Part shown: piece by piece, positions 1 through 9,300 of the stretch | Numbering within the stretch: the first letter of the stretch is position 1 | Layout: each line of letters starts with the position of its first letter | DNA from: an uncultured Candidatus Saccharibacteria bacterium | GTDB lineage: Bacteria > Patescibacteriota > Minisyncoccia > Phycocordibacterales > UBA9973 | Assembly: GCA_964634365.1 (NCBI GenBank) | Contig: CAZWJU010000004.1 | Span: forward strand, 3,927-67,926 | Direction of reading: 5' to 3' | Length of the DNA: 64,000 bases | The notes under the pieces: model-generated | Seen by the model: the letters and a program-made list of their open reading frames with translations, nothing else | What the model was told of the DNA's origin: nothing | Database searches by the model: none | Translations under genes and position numbers: made by a program

Positions 1-246
1 GGTTCGTCGAATTTCGAAGTGCTTTTTGGTATGGGGCTTGCGATACTTTTTATGAGTCACTTTATTATCAACGTCGGCATGAACATAGGACTCATGCCGG
101 TAACGGGTATAACTTTACCTTTTATGAGCTATGGAGGGTCGCACTTACTGACTTCATTTTTGGGACTAGGTATACTTATGAGCATGCGTAGATATGCGCG
201 CGCAATACACAGAGATGATATGCGCAATGAATTTTTCGGATTGTAG
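1..246 (+). CDS. rodA: Rod shape-determining protein RodA/FtsW family (3' fragment)
   Basis: INVGMNIGLMPVTGITLPFMSYGGS is the SEDS-family C-terminal motif; ORF is truncated by the window start. Confidence 0.85.
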   Translation, partial: GSSNFEVLFGMGLAILFMSHFIINVGMNIGLMPVTGITLPFMSYGGSHLLTSFLGLGILMSMRRYARAIHRDDMRNEFFGL

Positions 247-273
247 TCTACTAGAGGATAATAGAAAAATAAA

Positions 274-1101
274 ATGCAAACTAAGATTATAGATGGAAAA
301 AATATAAGGGATTCAATAAAAGAAAAAATAATTTCTGAGTTGGCTTCTTTTTCTGGTAACAAGCCCAAGCTAGTACTTTTTCGCGTAGGAGAAAATCCTG
401 TTATAGATATATTTGTTCGTGCAAAGAAAAAGTTTGGAGATAGTATGGGGATAGAAGTAGATATACAAATTTTTCCTGATTCGATAAGTGAAAATGATCT
501 AATTGAGAAAATAAAATCTTTTTCAAAACCAAATATTGGTATTGTTGTTCAGTTACCTCTACCGAAACATATAGATTCTAAAAATATACTGAACTCTATT
601 CCTGTCGGGAACGATGTCGATATGTTAAGCGAAGGGGCGCTCTCTCTTCTAGCAAGGGGAGAGAGTGCGATACTTCCTCCTGTTGTTGGAGCGATAAATG
701 AAATATTTTTACTAGAAAATGTAAATCTATCTTCTAGTAAAATAGTTGTTATTGGTCGTGGAAAATTGGTGGGGGAGCCAGCTATCTTATGGCTAAAATC
801 TTTAGGCGTTGAACCAACTGTGATCACGAGATCTACCGAAGATATTTTTGAAAAGATTGCTTCGGCTGATATTGTAATATCTGGAGCTGGTCAGCCTGGG
901 CTAGTTCATGGCGACAATATAAAAGAGGGAAGTATAATGATAGATGCAGGCACAAGCGAGCTTGCTGAAAAACTTGTGGGTGATATAGACGAATCAGTTT
1001 TAGGTAAGGCATCTTTATATACGCCGGTCCCAGGAGGAATCGGACCTATTACTGTAGCTATATTGTTTAGAAACTTACTAGAAATTAGTAAAAAACAATG
1101 A
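274..1101 (+). CDS. folD: Methylenetetrahydrofolate dehydrogenase/cyclohydrolase
   Basis: IIDGK, GIVVQLPLP, VIGRGKLVG and TPVPGGIGPITVA motifs. Confidence 0.93.
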   Translation: MQTKIIDGKNIRDSIKEKIISELASFSGNKPKLVLFRVGENPVIDIFVRAKKKFGDSMGIEVDIQIFPDSISENDLIEKIKSFSKPNIGIVVQLPLPKHIDSKNILNSIPVGNDVDMLSEGALSLLARGESAILPPVVGAINEIFLLENVNLSSSKIVVIGRGKLVGEPAILWLKSLGVEPTVITRSTEDIFEKIASADIVISGAGQPGLVHGDNIKEGSIMIDAGTSELAEKLVGDIDESVLGKASLYTPVPGGIGPITVAILFRNLLEISKKQ

Positions 1102-1670
1102 TTGGAATCTTAGATAAAAATATATTTATTTTCTTGAACAGCTTAACAGCGAAATCTGTTTTTTTTGATTCGACAATTATATTTTTGGCTACATCTTTTG
1201 GGACACTGCTAACAATTGGAGTATTTTTATTTTTGATTTTTCATCACGATGAGGCGGGGAGCGAGTACTATTTTGGAAAGATTAAAAAAAAGCTTGGCGA
1301 AGCTTCTGTCATACTTACGTCTGCATTTTTATCTTGGCTTTTTGTCCTTATTTTAAAGGATATTTTTGATAGTCCTAGGCCTTTCATTACTTACACAGAA
1401 ATAAAACCTCTTTTTGATTATGGTGGTTATGATTCTTTTCCTTCGGGTCACGCGACTTTTTTCTCGGCATTAGGAGTTGCTCTATTTATGTATCACAAGA
1501 GAATTGGAATTTTTTATCTTTCGGGGGCTTTTGTTATTGGTCTATCTAGAATTATTGTGGGCGTGCATTTTCCATTTGATATTGTCGCTGGTTTTATTTT
1601 AGGATCTTTTACTTCGTTTTTTGTTTATAGAGCTCTAAGGCCTAGAGTGAAAAGGATACTAAATTGGTAA
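1098..1670 (+). CDS. PAP2-family phosphatase (undecaprenyl-PP phosphatase-like)
   Basis: K-x6-RP, SFPSGH and SRxxxGVHFxxD motifs; TM helices. Confidence 0.88.
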   Translation: MIGILDKNIFIFLNSLTAKSVFFDSTIIFLATSFGTLLTIGVFLFLIFHHDEAGSEYYFGKIKKKLGEASVILTSAFLSWLFVLILKDIFDSPRPFITYTEIKPLFDYGGYDSFPSGHATFFSALGVALFMYHKRIGIFYLSGAFVIGLSRIIVGVHFPFDIVAGFILGSFTSFFVYRALRPRVKRILNW

Positions 1671-1725
1671 AAGGTCAAGTTTACGTTTTGTGTTAAAAAA
1701 TATAAAATAGGCCTATTATATAAAT

Positions 1726-3108
1726 ATGATTAAAACAAGAATTTTAGCTGCAGCGGTACTTATTTTCGGCTTATTACTAGGTTATTTTGTGGTTGGTTCA
1801 GAAAACAAAAACAAGGTTTTTGCAGGCGCCCCTGCTTTTTTTGAAAATTTTAATTTTAAATTGGGTTTGGATTTGTCTGGTGGGACGCACTTAGTTTACA
1901 GAGCTGATACTAGTAGTATAGATCCATCCGAGATAGATGATTCTATGAATGCGCTACGCGATGTGATTGAGCGTAGGGTTAACTTGTTTGGTGTGGCAGA
2001 GCCTGTTGTTCAAGTACAAGAGGGTAGTTTTGCAAACAATCAAGAGGAGAGATTGTCTATAGATTTGCCTGGTGTCACAGATATAGATGAGGCAGTAGAG
2101 ATGATAGGTCAAACACCACTTCTTGAGTTCAAAGTAGAAAATCCAGATCCAAATGCACCGATTCAGTTGGATGCGAGCGATGTGGTTGATGGAAATATAA
2201 ATCTAGACAGTATAAATCTAAATAATTTAAATTATATAAACACTGACTTAACAGGCAGGTATCTTAAGAGAGCAACTCTTGAATTTGATCCTTCAACACG
2301 TGAGCCAATAGTTTCTCTTCAGTTTAACGAAGAGGGTGCGAAGATGTTTGAAGACATAACAAAAGAAAATATTGGTAAGACCGTCGCTATATATCTAGAT
2401 GGTTCACCTATATCAACACCAGTAGTTAGATCTGCTATTTCTGGTGGTCAGGCTCAAATAACAGGATTGTTTACACCACAAGAAGCAAAACAATTAGTCG
2501 GAAGACTAAACTCAGGTGCACTGCCTGTTCCTATCGAACTTATATCTACTCAGACAATTGGCGCAACGCTGGGTTCTAGTGCTGTAGAAGCTGGTGTGTT
2601 TGCGGGCCTTATTGGATTTATATTGATTTCAGCTTTTCTTATCTTTTGGTATCGTCTACCAGGTTTTATTGCGGTGGTTGCCTTGGTTATGTATATAGTT
2701 ATGATGTTGGTTTTGTTTAAGATTATCCCGATTACACTAACTGCTTCTGGAATCGCTGGGTTTATTATATCTATTGGTATTGCTGTGGATGCAAACGTGC
2801 TTATATTTGAGCGCATAAAAGAAGAGATCAGAAAACATGACAGAAGTATCGCCGATGCTATTCACACAGGATTTGAAAGAGCATGGCTCTCTATTCGTGA
2901 CTCAAATACATCAAGTATTATTACTGCGTTGATACTATTTATATTCGGCACATCAGTTATCCAAGGTTTCGCTCTTACTTTTGGGCTCGGCGTTATAGTA
3001 TCTCTAATATCTGCTATATCTATTACTAGACTATTCTTGTATGCTTTGAATATTAAAAATACTAATAAGATTACTAAGTTTTTATTTAGCTCAGGATTCT
3101 CAAAATAA
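1726..3108 (+). CDS. secD: Protein translocase subunit SecD
   Basis: LGLDLSGG, RRVNLFGVAEP, LNSGALP, AVDANVLIFERIKEE. Confidence 0.97.
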   Translation: MIKTRILAAAVLIFGLLLGYFVVGSENKNKVFAGAPAFFENFNFKLGLDLSGGTHLVYRADTSSIDPSEIDDSMNALRDVIERRVNLFGVAEPVVQVQEGSFANNQEERLSIDLPGVTDIDEAVEMIGQTPLLEFKVENPDPNAPIQLDASDVVDGNINLDSINLNNLNYINTDLTGRYLKRATLEFDPSTREPIVSLQFNEEGAKMFEDITKENIGKTVAIYLDGSPISTPVVRSAISGGQAQITGLFTPQEAKQLVGRLNSGALPVPIELISTQTIGATLGSSAVEAGVFAGLIGFILISAFLIFWYRLPGFIAVVALVMYIVMMLVLFKIIPITLTASGIAGFIISIGIAVDANVLIFERIKEEIRKHDRSIADAIHTGFERAWLSIRDSNTSSIITALILFIFGTSVIQGFALTFGLGVIVSLISAISITRLFLYALNIKNTNKITKFLFSSGFSK

Positions 3109-3109
3109 T

Positions 3110-4012
3110 ATGTTTATAATAAATCATAAAAAAATATTTATCTGGTTGTCTGTTGTATTGGTGGTATTGTCTGTATCTAGTATTGCTTACTTCGGTCTTA
3201 GTTTAGGTATTGATTTTAAAGGTGGGGCAGTTATGGAAGTCAAATACCCATCTGGAAGACCAGATGTCTCTCTACTAGAGAGCGAAGTTTCGTCTCTCGA
3301 TATAGGTCCGGTTTTTCAGCCAGCTGGTGAAGATGGATACTTAGTAAAGACGCGCGACTTAACTGATCCAGAAAGACAAGCACTTTTCAGTGCACTCGGT
3401 TTGTCAGGTACTGTAAATATAGAAGAAGTAAGCTTTAACTCTATCGGTCCTTCTGTTGGAACTGAACTAAAAAGAAAAGCTATTATTCAGATAATTTTAG
3501 TTTGCATAGGAATAGTTTTATTTATTGCATATGCATTTCGTAAAGTTTCAAAACCTGTTTCTTCTTGGAAATATGGAATCATAGCAGTTTGTACACTACT
3601 ACACGATGTATTGATACCGCTTGGAATATTTGCAGTAATAGCAAATATTCACAACTTAGAAGTTGATACACTTTTGATAGTTTCAATACTAACAATACTA
3701 GGTTTATCAGTTTCAGATACGATTGTTGTATTTGATCGAATCAGAGAAAACTTGAAACATAATTTAGAGAAAAATGTAAACGAAGATTTCAAGGATACTG
3801 TAGGAAAAAGTATATCTCAGACTTTTACTCGATCTATAAATACATCTCTAACCGTGATTCTGACACTCGCTGCACTTGCAATTTTTGGTCCAGAATCTAC
3901 ACGCTACTTTGCAATCATGCTTACCGCAGGAATGTTTTTTGGAACATACTCATCTATATTCCTAGCAAGCCCGCTACTTGTTGCGTGGTCAGGGCAGGGG
4001 AATAAAAAATAG
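3110..4012 (+). CDS. secF: Protein translocase subunit SecF
   Basis: LGIDFKGG, DTIVVFDRIREN, GTYSSIFLASP; follows secD. Confidence 0.97.
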   Translation: MFIINHKKIFIWLSVVLVVLSVSSIAYFGLSLGIDFKGGAVMEVKYPSGRPDVSLLESEVSSLDIGPVFQPAGEDGYLVKTRDLTDPERQALFSALGLSGTVNIEEVSFNSIGPSVGTELKRKAIIQIILVCIGIVLFIAYAFRKVSKPVSSWKYGIIAVCTLLHDVLIPLGIFAVIANIHNLEVDTLLIVSILTILGLSVSDTIVVFDRIRENLKHNLEKNVNEDFKDTVGKSISQTFTRSINTSLTVILTLAALAIFGPESTRYFAIMLTAGMFFGTYSSIFLASPLLVAWSGQGNKK

Positions 4013-4086
4013 GCATAGAGTTTTTTCATGTTTTCGATATGTATGAATAACTGGGTACATATTGCATTTAATTAAATAAAATAATC

Positions 4087-4119
4087 AAAAAAACCCCATT
4101 TCCGATTTGGAAATAGAGC
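4087..4119 (-). terminator. Intrinsic terminator of the 4141-4371 gene
   Basis: Minus strand CTCTATTTCC-AAATC-GGAAATGGGG followed by a T tract. Confidence 0.65.
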
Positions 4120-4140
4120 CTCCGCTAAGGATAATTTGTT

Positions 4141-4371
4141 TTAATTAATCCTAGCTAAACAGTTTATTACAACCGTCTTTTTTTGTTTGTTTGAAGGGTA
4201 GTTTTTATTAAACCATTTCGTGATCTCAGCGATAATATTTTCGACTGATTCTTCATAAAAATGATCTAAAGACTCACCTTCTTTTTTTTCAATATCAACC
4301 ACACCTTGGAAAGGTTGGATACTACCATCTTCTAAATGGATAGTAGTATTTACAAAAAACCATAGTTTCAT
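4141..4371 (-). CDS. Hypothetical protein (76 aa)
   Basis: ORF with its own promoter and terminator. Confidence 0.65.
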   Translation of the reverse strand: MKLWFFVNTTIHLEDGSIQPFQGVVDIEKKEGESLDHFYEESVENIIAEITKWFNKNYPSNKQKKTVVINCLARIN

Positions 4372-4412
4372 ATTTTCTATTGTTTTTAGGTTAAATTATA
4401 CTGTTTGGTTAT

Positions 4413-4441
4413 ATTATAGCACTAATAATCATAAAAGTCAA
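4413..4441 (-). promoter_or_regulatory. Sigma70 promoter TTGACT-17-TATAAT with extended TG
   Basis: Minus strand TTGACT tttatgattattagtgc TATAAT. Confidence 0.75.
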
Positions 4442-4476
4442 TACATAGAATTAAGTTTTTTATATATATTATAAAT

Positions 4477-4506
4477 AAAAAACCGCCCAATTTGGGGTGG
4501 TTTTTT
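4477..4506. terminator. Hairpin terminator
   Basis: AAAAAACCGCCC-AATTTG-GGGTGGTTTTTT. Confidence 0.65.
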
Positions 4507-4509
4507 GAA

Positions 4510-4797
4510 TCAATTCCTCCTTTTTCCTCGTACCAGATTCGGTATTTCTTCATCCGGTAAAGATAGGGTATTTTCTAAGGTTGCGATTATATGTTCCGTG
4601 TAATCCCTTACTTTTTCTGCTTCAGTTTTTATTAAATCCCTGTACGCAACTCTTCTCTCCTCGGTTAAGTCCTTGTTTTCGAAATATTCTAATACAAGAT
4701 AAACCAGCATATTTGAAGAAGAGAGTTTGTTTCTTATGTCTGAAGCTAATCCTTGCCTATGTAAAAGTTCTAAATCCTCGGGGCTGAGCATTTTCAT
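4510..4797 (-). CDS. Hypothetical protein resembling a HisKA/DHp helical hairpin that lacks the phospho-His
   Basis: LASDIRNKLSS...YRDLIKTEAEKVRDYTEHII resembles LAHDIRNPL...YLDIIxxExxRL. Confidence 0.55.
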   Translation of the reverse strand: MKMLSPEDLELLHRQGLASDIRNKLSSSNMLVYLVLEYFENKDLTEERRVAYRDLIKTEAEKVRDYTEHIIATLENTLSLPDEEIPNLVRGKRRN

Positions 4798-5036
4798 TCT
4801 ATTGTTTTAGGCTCGTTTGCATTTATTACTGCGCTCCGGATCAATAAAAAAATAGACGGAGGCATGAGGGCTGCGCATGTCATCAGTGAATTGTGAGTGA
4901 AGATAGAAATCTCCTCGAAACTATTTTCATACATAATGCGATGTGCAATCGCAATGCCAAAAAATGCCAGGCAGGGGATAAAAAACAACATAGCAAGGAA
5001 GAAACTTCCTTTCCCAGACTTTATATTTAATTTCAT
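4794..5036 (-). CDS. Small two-TM membrane protein
   Basis: Two hydrophobic segments; start moved to ATG 5036 because the longer ORF runs through the promoter; 4-nt overlap with the next gene. Confidence 0.6.
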   Translation of the reverse strand: MKLNIKSGKGSFFLAMLFFIPCLAFFGIAIAHRIMYENSFEEISIFTHNSLMTCAALMPPSIFLLIRSAVINANEPKTIE

Positions 5037-5055
5037 AATACCTTTATTTTTATGC

Positions 5056-5084
5056 ATTATATCATTTATTAACATAAAAGTCAA
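5056..5084 (-). promoter_or_regulatory. Sigma70 promoter TTGACT-17-TATAAT
   Basis: Minus strand TTGACT tttatgttaataaatga TATAAT. Confidence 0.75.
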
Positions 5085-5150
5085 ATTAATATTTCTTATT
5101 TTTTGGTATAATACAGAGAGTCGTTTTATCGCTTATTTTTAAACAAATTT

Positions 5151-5708
5151 ATGTCACCAATGATTATTGTCTATATTATTTTAGCTGTTTTGGTTGTGTT
5201 CCTGATTGGAATGTACAACGGTTTTGTTCGTCTTGTTAATCGAACAAAAGAAGCTTGGGCAGATATCGAGGTTCAACTAAAGCGCCGCTATGACCTGATC
5301 CCAAACTTGGTAAATACTGTAAAGGGATATGCACAGCACGAATCAAGTGCTTTTGAAAAAGTGACACAAGCTCGTGCTAGTGCTATGTCTGCAAAAACAG
5401 CTGGGGAGCACTCACAAAGTGAGGCGGTGCTCGGGCAAGCTATTACAGGACTCTTTGGTATTGCAGAAGCGTATCCAGATCTGAAGGCAAATACAAACTT
5501 CCTAGAGCTTCAACGTGAGCTTTCTGATACAGAAAACAAGATACAAGCAGCTCGCCGTTTCTACAACACAAATGTTCGCGATCTAAATACAAAGATTGAA
5601 ATGTTTCCTGGAAATGTATTCGCAGGTTTATTCAAATTTTCAAAAATGGAATTTTTCGATATTCCAGATGATGGGGTAGAAAGTAAGCCTGTAGAAGTAA
5701 AATTCTAA
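5151..5708 (+). CDS. lemA: LemA family protein
   Basis: AWADIEVQLKRRYDLIPNLV, AEAYPDLKA, ENKIQAARRFYN. Confidence 0.96.
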   Translation: MSPMIIVYIILAVLVVFLIGMYNGFVRLVNRTKEAWADIEVQLKRRYDLIPNLVNTVKGYAQHESSAFEKVTQARASAMSAKTAGEHSQSEAVLGQAITGLFGIAEAYPDLKANTNFLELQRELSDTENKIQAARRFYNTNVRDLNTKIEMFPGNVFAGLFKFSKMEFFDIPDDGVESKPVEVKF

Positions 5709-5736
5709 TTTATTATTATTTTTTTAAATTAAAATC

Positions 5737-6237
5737 ATGTCATTAGAAAACCCAATAAAACAGATTAGAAAAGCAATAAAAGGTCTAGCAGAGGAATCTG
5801 CATCTAGAGAGTTTTTACAAGAGCCAGAAAAAAGACACTACGATAACGCGCTTGCTTTAATGAAATCCATACGCGAAATTTATCCAGATAAAATTGAAAA
5901 TACAATAAAGATCACAGCTGAAGCACAAGAAATGAAAGAAGAACTAGGTCCAGCGTTTGATGTTTTTAATGCTGTTGCTAATGACGTTACTACTAAAATG
6001 CAAACAAAGGTATCAGATGCATTGCTTGTATTTACTGAAAGAGAAGATTTAACAGATGAGAATGCAGAAAGTGAATATCGAAATCTCACAGATAGAATAG
6101 TTGGTGATATTTTAAAACAAATAAGATATGATGAAAGAATCGGATCTGCATTTACGGGCAAAGAAGATTCGTTAAATAAATTAGAAAATTACTGGAAAGA
6201 TTCTTTGCTAAATATGTTTGACCTTAAAATAAAGTAG
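5737..6237 (+). CDS. Hypothetical helical protein
   Basis: 166-aa ORF between lemA and htpX. Confidence 0.65.
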   Translation: MSLENPIKQIRKAIKGLAEESASREFLQEPEKRHYDNALALMKSIREIYPDKIENTIKITAEAQEMKEELGPAFDVFNAVANDVTTKMQTKVSDALLVFTEREDLTDENAESEYRNLTDRIVGDILKQIRYDERIGSAFTGKEDSLNKLENYWKDSLLNMFDLKIK

Positions 6238-6250
6238 ATATCTCTTACAC

Positions 6251-6787
6251 ATGACACTACATAAATTTTTTGATTATCTAGCTGGGTTTTTGATACTATT
6301 TCTCGTTATGGTAATAGCTTTTTTGGTGTATGTAAAAGATAGAAACATTAATACCGAAAAAGATACAGTTTCAGACATATCTACAGAACAAAATGATTTG
6401 CCGTTCGATAATTCTCTTGGGTTTGGCCCTTATCCTACAGAGTACGTATTAGGAGATAAAGAAAATCTAGAGATGTTTTCTGTTGCGCCTAATACAGAAT
6501 TTAAAACTGGCACTAAAATCGAGGCTTTTGGGACAATCAAGGGAGGATATTTTTTTGAAGGCAATATATTGGTAAATATACTTGATTCAAACAAGATTAT
6601 TTTGAAGGCAGGTCATGGAACAGCGATTAGTGACTGGATGACCGTAGGCTCTGTGACTTTCAATACAACTATTGATTTCGCGGGAATTCCAAGCGGGGAA
6701 GCATATATTGAGATTCACAACGACAATGCATCCGGAGAGCCAGAAAATGATAAAAGTATTTTAATTCCAATTTTTATTAGTGAATAA
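6251..6787 (+). CDS. Membrane-anchored Gmad2-like Ig-domain protein
   Basis: N-terminal TM; YFFEGN...DWMT...DNASGEPEN pattern typical of CPR Gmad2 domains. Confidence 0.7.
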   Translation: MTLHKFFDYLAGFLILFLVMVIAFLVYVKDRNINTEKDTVSDISTEQNDLPFDNSLGFGPYPTEYVLGDKENLEMFSVAPNTEFKTGTKIEAFGTIKGGYFFEGNILVNILDSNKIILKAGHGTAISDWMTVGSVTFNTTIDFAGIPSGEAYIEIHNDNASGEPENDKSILIPIFISE

Positions 6788-6792
6788 TTTAT

Positions 6793-7284
6793 ATGCAAAA
6801 CGAAAATCATAGAAACATACTACTTTTTCTAATATTACTAGTTTTGATTGTAATAGCATTTTTGATTGCAAGAAACGATAGAAATGTTGCTGTAGCTCCA
6901 ATTAGCACACTTCCTACAAATCAAATTTACTCCAATCAAGATGTCTTACTAGATGAAGAAGATTTACAAGAACCAGAACCAAAACCCACACCAGAAGATC
7001 CAACAGTTACCTTTTTGAAGACTTTTTTTAAGTATGAAAATATTATTCCTGAAATCCGGGAATGTGAACAAGCGGGTATTGATTTTACTGCTGTCACTTA
7101 TGATGGTGGAGGGATTGCTGATGGTGGTTGGACTATATATGAAACAAATACCCACGAAGTTGCCGAAACATGTGGAGGTTTTACTGCGGAACCAATGCCC
7201 ACAAATAGTTTTTGCAGAACAACACTACCATCATGTACTACTGTTTTTAAAGAAGGTGTAGTAGATATCTATAATTTGGATTAA
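6793..7284 (+). CDS. Membrane-anchored extracytoplasmic protein with 4 Cys
   Basis: N-terminal TM, EPKP linker, Cys-containing C-terminal domain. Confidence 0.65.
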   Translation: MQNENHRNILLFLILLVLIVIAFLIARNDRNVAVAPISTLPTNQIYSNQDVLLDEEDLQEPEPKPTPEDPTVTFLKTFFKYENIIPEIRECEQAGIDFTAVTYDGGGIADGGWTIYETNTHEVAETCGGFTAEPMPTNSFCRTTLPSCTTVFKEGVVDIYNLD

Positions 7285-7285
7285 C

Positions 7286-8161
7286 ATGGCAACACTATAT
7301 ACACAACAAGATAAAAATGTACGACGCACATGGTTGCTTATGACCACGTTTTTGGTTTTGATAGTTGCGATAGGTTTTGTATTTTCACAAATCTACGGCA
7401 ACCCAAACTTTCTTTACGGTTTTTTCATTTTCTCAATATTTATGAATATTTTTGCATATTGGAATAGTGCAAAAATAGCTCTGCGTGTTTCTGGTGCAAA
7501 ACCTGCAGACGAGACACAATATCGTGAACTTCACAATATTGTAGAAAATCTATCCATCACCGCTGGTATCCCAAAACCAAAAGTCTATATCATAAACGAC
7601 CCTGCTCCAAATGCATTTGCAACTGGTCGCAACAAAGATCACGCGGCTGTGGCTTTTACAACAGGAATATTGAACATACTCGACAAAGCGGAGCTTGAAG
7701 GTGTCGCAGCACACGAACTGTCTCATATAGGCAACAGAGATATTTTGGTTTCTACTATTGCGGTTGTCTTGGCTGGATTTATTTCACTTATTGCAGACAT
7801 ATTTTTGCGTTCACAAATTTTTGGCAGTAGAGACAATGAATCCAAAGGTGGCAGTATCTTGATGATAGTGGGGATTGTTCTCGCTATACTTGCACCTATA
7901 TTTGCTATGCTTGTTCAGCTATCTATATCTCGAAAGCGTGAGTTTCTAGCAGATGCGTCCGGTGCGCTTCTTACTCGATATCCAGAAGGTCTAGCGAGTG
8001 CGCTTCAAAAGATATCTCTAAACAGTGCTCCCATGCATAGCGCACACAAGGCAACAGCACATCTTTTTATAGCAAATCCGTTTGGAGGGAAAAACATAAA
8101 AAATCTCTTTGCTACACATCCGCCAGTAGAGGATAGAGTTAAGGCATTGCTCGGTAAATAA
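7286..8161 (+). CDS. htpX: Zinc metalloprotease HtpX (M48)
   Basis: PNAFATG, HELSH, SRKREFLADA, THPP. Confidence 0.96.
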   Translation: MATLYTQQDKNVRRTWLLMTTFLVLIVAIGFVFSQIYGNPNFLYGFFIFSIFMNIFAYWNSAKIALRVSGAKPADETQYRELHNIVENLSITAGIPKPKVYIINDPAPNAFATGRNKDHAAVAFTTGILNILDKAELEGVAAHELSHIGNRDILVSTIAVVLAGFISLIADIFLRSQIFGSRDNESKGGSILMIVGIVLAILAPIFAMLVQLSISRKREFLADASGALLTRYPEGLASALQKISLNSAPMHSAHKATAHLFIANPFGGKNIKNLFATHPPVEDRVKALLGK

Positions 8162-8192
8162 AAACCTGCAAAAACTTGCAGGTTTTTATTTA
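8156..8192. terminator. Hairpin terminator after htpX
   Basis: TAAATAAAAACCTGCAA-AAAC-TTGCAGGTTTTTATTTA. Confidence 0.75.
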
Positions 8193-8308
8193 ATCGTTAG
8201 TATAGACACAGACGTTCCTTAAGTTTTTAGATGGACACGTATTAATGTTTCCATCGTGGGTATTTGCTTATGTAAATATCCTGCTGCCCGACTTCGGTCG
8301 GGGGCTAG

Positions 8309-8395
8309 GGAGACGTCGCATAGTGGTCTAGTGCACCGCCTTGGAAAGGCGGCAAGGTGTCAAAGCCTTCGAGAGTTCAAATCTCTCCGTCTCCG
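8309..8395 (+). tRNA. tRNA-Ser(GGA)
   Basis: Acceptor GGAGACG/CGTCTCC, anticodon arm CCGCC-TTGGAAA-GGCGG, long variable arm, GTTCAAAT T-loop, G discriminator; CCA not encoded. Confidence 0.95.
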
Positions 8396-8419
8396 CAAAA
8401 GTTCATTTTAAAAAGCTAT

Positions 8420-9265
8420 ATGATAGACAAAACTGCAAAGAATATTATTTTTGTACATGCGATGTCCAGATCTGGTCAGCATGCAGTGATAGATTGGATT
8501 TTCAATCAGTTTGAAAACAATAAAGTTTTCTTTAACTATATGAAAATATTTCCAGATATTGATCCGTACACCATACGAAGTCAGTATTATTTCAACCAGG
8601 AAAAATATTTTCACAAATTAAATGAAAACTGGCAAAAGCATGGAGTGCTCGATGAAAAACTCAAAGAGTTTAAGCTAGAAACCCCCGAGCTATGGAGAAA
8701 TATTTGTGAAGATGATAAGAATCTTATTTCGATGAATTTTGAAAATATTGACTTTGCTTCACATGAACAAGAGCTAAAATCTTTTACAAAAAAGTTTATA
8801 GCCGAAGAAAAATTCTCCAATGTTCTAATCATGCGCGATATATTCAACTATATTGCAAGCAAAATGAAAATGGGGAGGTATTTTCATCCGGAGACCAATC
8901 TTGTCTGCTGGAAAGCACACGCATATGAATACCTCGGTTATACAAATATTTTGAGAAATAGAGTCTCAGTAAACTTCAATGCATGGGTGAAAGATCCGGA
9001 TTATAGAAAAGATGTGGCAAAAAATTTGCACGTAGATAATTTTCTACCCGAATGGAATGAAGTTTCTTCTTTTGGTGGCGGGAGTTCTTTTGATGGGAAA
9101 GATTTTCATGGTAACGCTTCATCTATGGATGTTTTAAATAGATGGCGTGAATATGCAAACGACGAGCAATTCAAGTCGTATCTAAAAAACTACAAGGAGC
9201 TCATAGAGCTATCAGAAGCAATTTTTGGCCATATACCAGGCACAGAAGTATTTCCTCGAAAATAA
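8420..9265 (+). CDS. Sulfotransferase-fold-like protein
   Basis: HAMSRSGQHAVIDW resembles the 5'-PSB loop and RDIFNYIAS the 3'-PB motif; start moved to ATG 8420 because the longer ORF overlaps the tRNA. Confidence 0.6.
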   Translation: MIDKTAKNIIFVHAMSRSGQHAVIDWIFNQFENNKVFFNYMKIFPDIDPYTIRSQYYFNQEKYFHKLNENWQKHGVLDEKLKEFKLETPELWRNICEDDKNLISMNFENIDFASHEQELKSFTKKFIAEEKFSNVLIMRDIFNYIASKMKMGRYFHPETNLVCWKAHAYEYLGYTNILRNRVSVNFNAWVKDPDYRKDVAKNLHVDNFLPEWNEVSSFGGGSSFDGKDFHGNASSMDVLNRWREYANDEQFKSYLKNYKELIELSEAIFGHIPGTEVFPRK

Positions 9266-9271
9266 AAATTA

Positions 9272-9300
9272 AATCCCCCGCGTATGCGGGGGATTGTTTT
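9272..9300. terminator. Bidirectional terminator between convergent genes
   Basis: AATCCCCCGC-GTAT-GCGGGGGATT. Confidence 0.75.

Noticed and set aside
4013-4085. 13-codon minus-strand ORF MQYVPSYSYISKT
   Set aside because: Lies downstream of a terminator, has no promoter or regulated gene, and is expected by chance
8357-8419. N-terminal extension of the 302-aa ORF
   Set aside because: It overlaps tRNA-Ser; ATG 8420 is the plausible start
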